Source: an uncultured Methylophilaceae bacterium (GTDB lineage Bacteria > Pseudomonadota > Gammaproteobacteria > Burkholderiales > Methylophilaceae). From it: a stretch of DNA of 26,807 nucleotides. Of this stretch, positions 26,355-26,807 are shown in pieces. The stretch covers positions 1 through 26,807 of the forward strand of contig CAXIBZ010000001.1 in NCBI GenBank assembly GCA_964022105.1. Reading direction: 5' to 3'. Position numbers and translations under genes: made by a program. The notes under the pieces are model-generated. The model did no database searches. It saw only the letters and a list, made by a program, of their open reading frames with translations, and was not told the origin of the DNA. Positions within the stretch are counted from its first letter, which is position 1. The number at the start of each line of letters is the position of its first letter.

Positions 26355-26807
26355 ATGAAGCTTAAAATTATCTCTGTTGGTCATAAAATGCCAGCATGGG
26401 TAGAAACAGCTTGTGCCGAGTATATCAAGCGCATGCCCAGAGAATTAGCGACAGAAATTATCGAAATCAAACCAGACAAGCGCGCTGATGGCAGGAATAG
26501 CGCTTCAGTACAAGCCGCTGAAGCAGAACGCATTCGCAAAGCAGCAAATCGAGATTATTTAGTTGCCTGTGATGAAAAAGGCGCTGAAAAATCAACACTG
26601 CAACTCGCCAAATCAATGCAATCCTGGCTGGAAATGGGTCGCGATGTTAGCTTTGTGATTGGCGGTGCAGATGGGCTGGATGCAACGTTGATACAAGAGG
26701 CGGATTGGCATTGGTCATTATCAAAGCTCACGCTACCGCATGCGTTTGTGCGCGTTCTGCTGACTGAACAACTTTATCGTGCATACGCGGTCATACAAAA
26801 CCATCCA
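26355..26807 (+). CDS. rlmH: 23S rRNA (pseudouridine-1915-N3)-methyltransferase, partial (last few codons off the window; absent from the ORF track)
   Basis: Manual translation: MKLKIISVGHKMPAWVETACAEYIKRMP...FVIGGADGL...WSLSKLTLPHAFVRVLLTEQLYRAYAVIQNHP; rsfS-rlmH synteny. Confidence 0.96.
   Translation, partial: MKLKIISVGHKMPAWVETACAEYIKRMPRELATEIIEIKPDKRADGRNSASVQAAEAERIRKAANRDYLVACDEKGAEKSTLQLAKSMQSWLEMGRDVSFVIGGADGLDATLIQEADWHWSLSKLTLPHAFVRVLLTEQLYRAYAVIQNHP

Noticed and set aside
1-26807. CRISPR arrays, tRNA/rRNA genes, IS elements, integrases, pseudogenes
   Set aside because: I saw no regularly spaced nucleotide repeats, cloverleaf or rRNA signatures, transposase motifs or frameshifts. 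fbp and rlmH are cut only by the window edges.

Overview
Core-genome window of a fairly AT-rich betaproteobacterium. Gene content and order suggest Methylophilaceae (Methylotenera-like); this is an inference, not a database result. It carries a 3'-truncated class 1 fbp; the ybeY-corC-lnt-glyQ-glyS-gmhB-plsC-M48 cluster with two interruptions (an orphan lipoprotein plus mscL, and a four-gene heavy-metal RND efflux locus); a SCO protein; ilvE-zinc finger-LRR kinase-membrane protein; murI; a PduO-type adenosyltransferase; and pcnB-folK-dNK-panB-panC-panD-rsfS-rlmH (partial). The standout is the efflux locus. No regulator gene is adjacent. It is headed by an apparently leaderless, two-TM, HxH-rich 140-aa ORF ending in HAPP, a RAPP-like arrest motif. 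The stop codon of that ORF base-pairs with the Shine-Dalgarno of the downstream tolC-family gene in a hairpin spanning the whole intergenic region. This suggests a histidine-based, metal-sensing ribosome-stalling switch. I saw no tRNA, rRNA, CRISPR array or mobile element.
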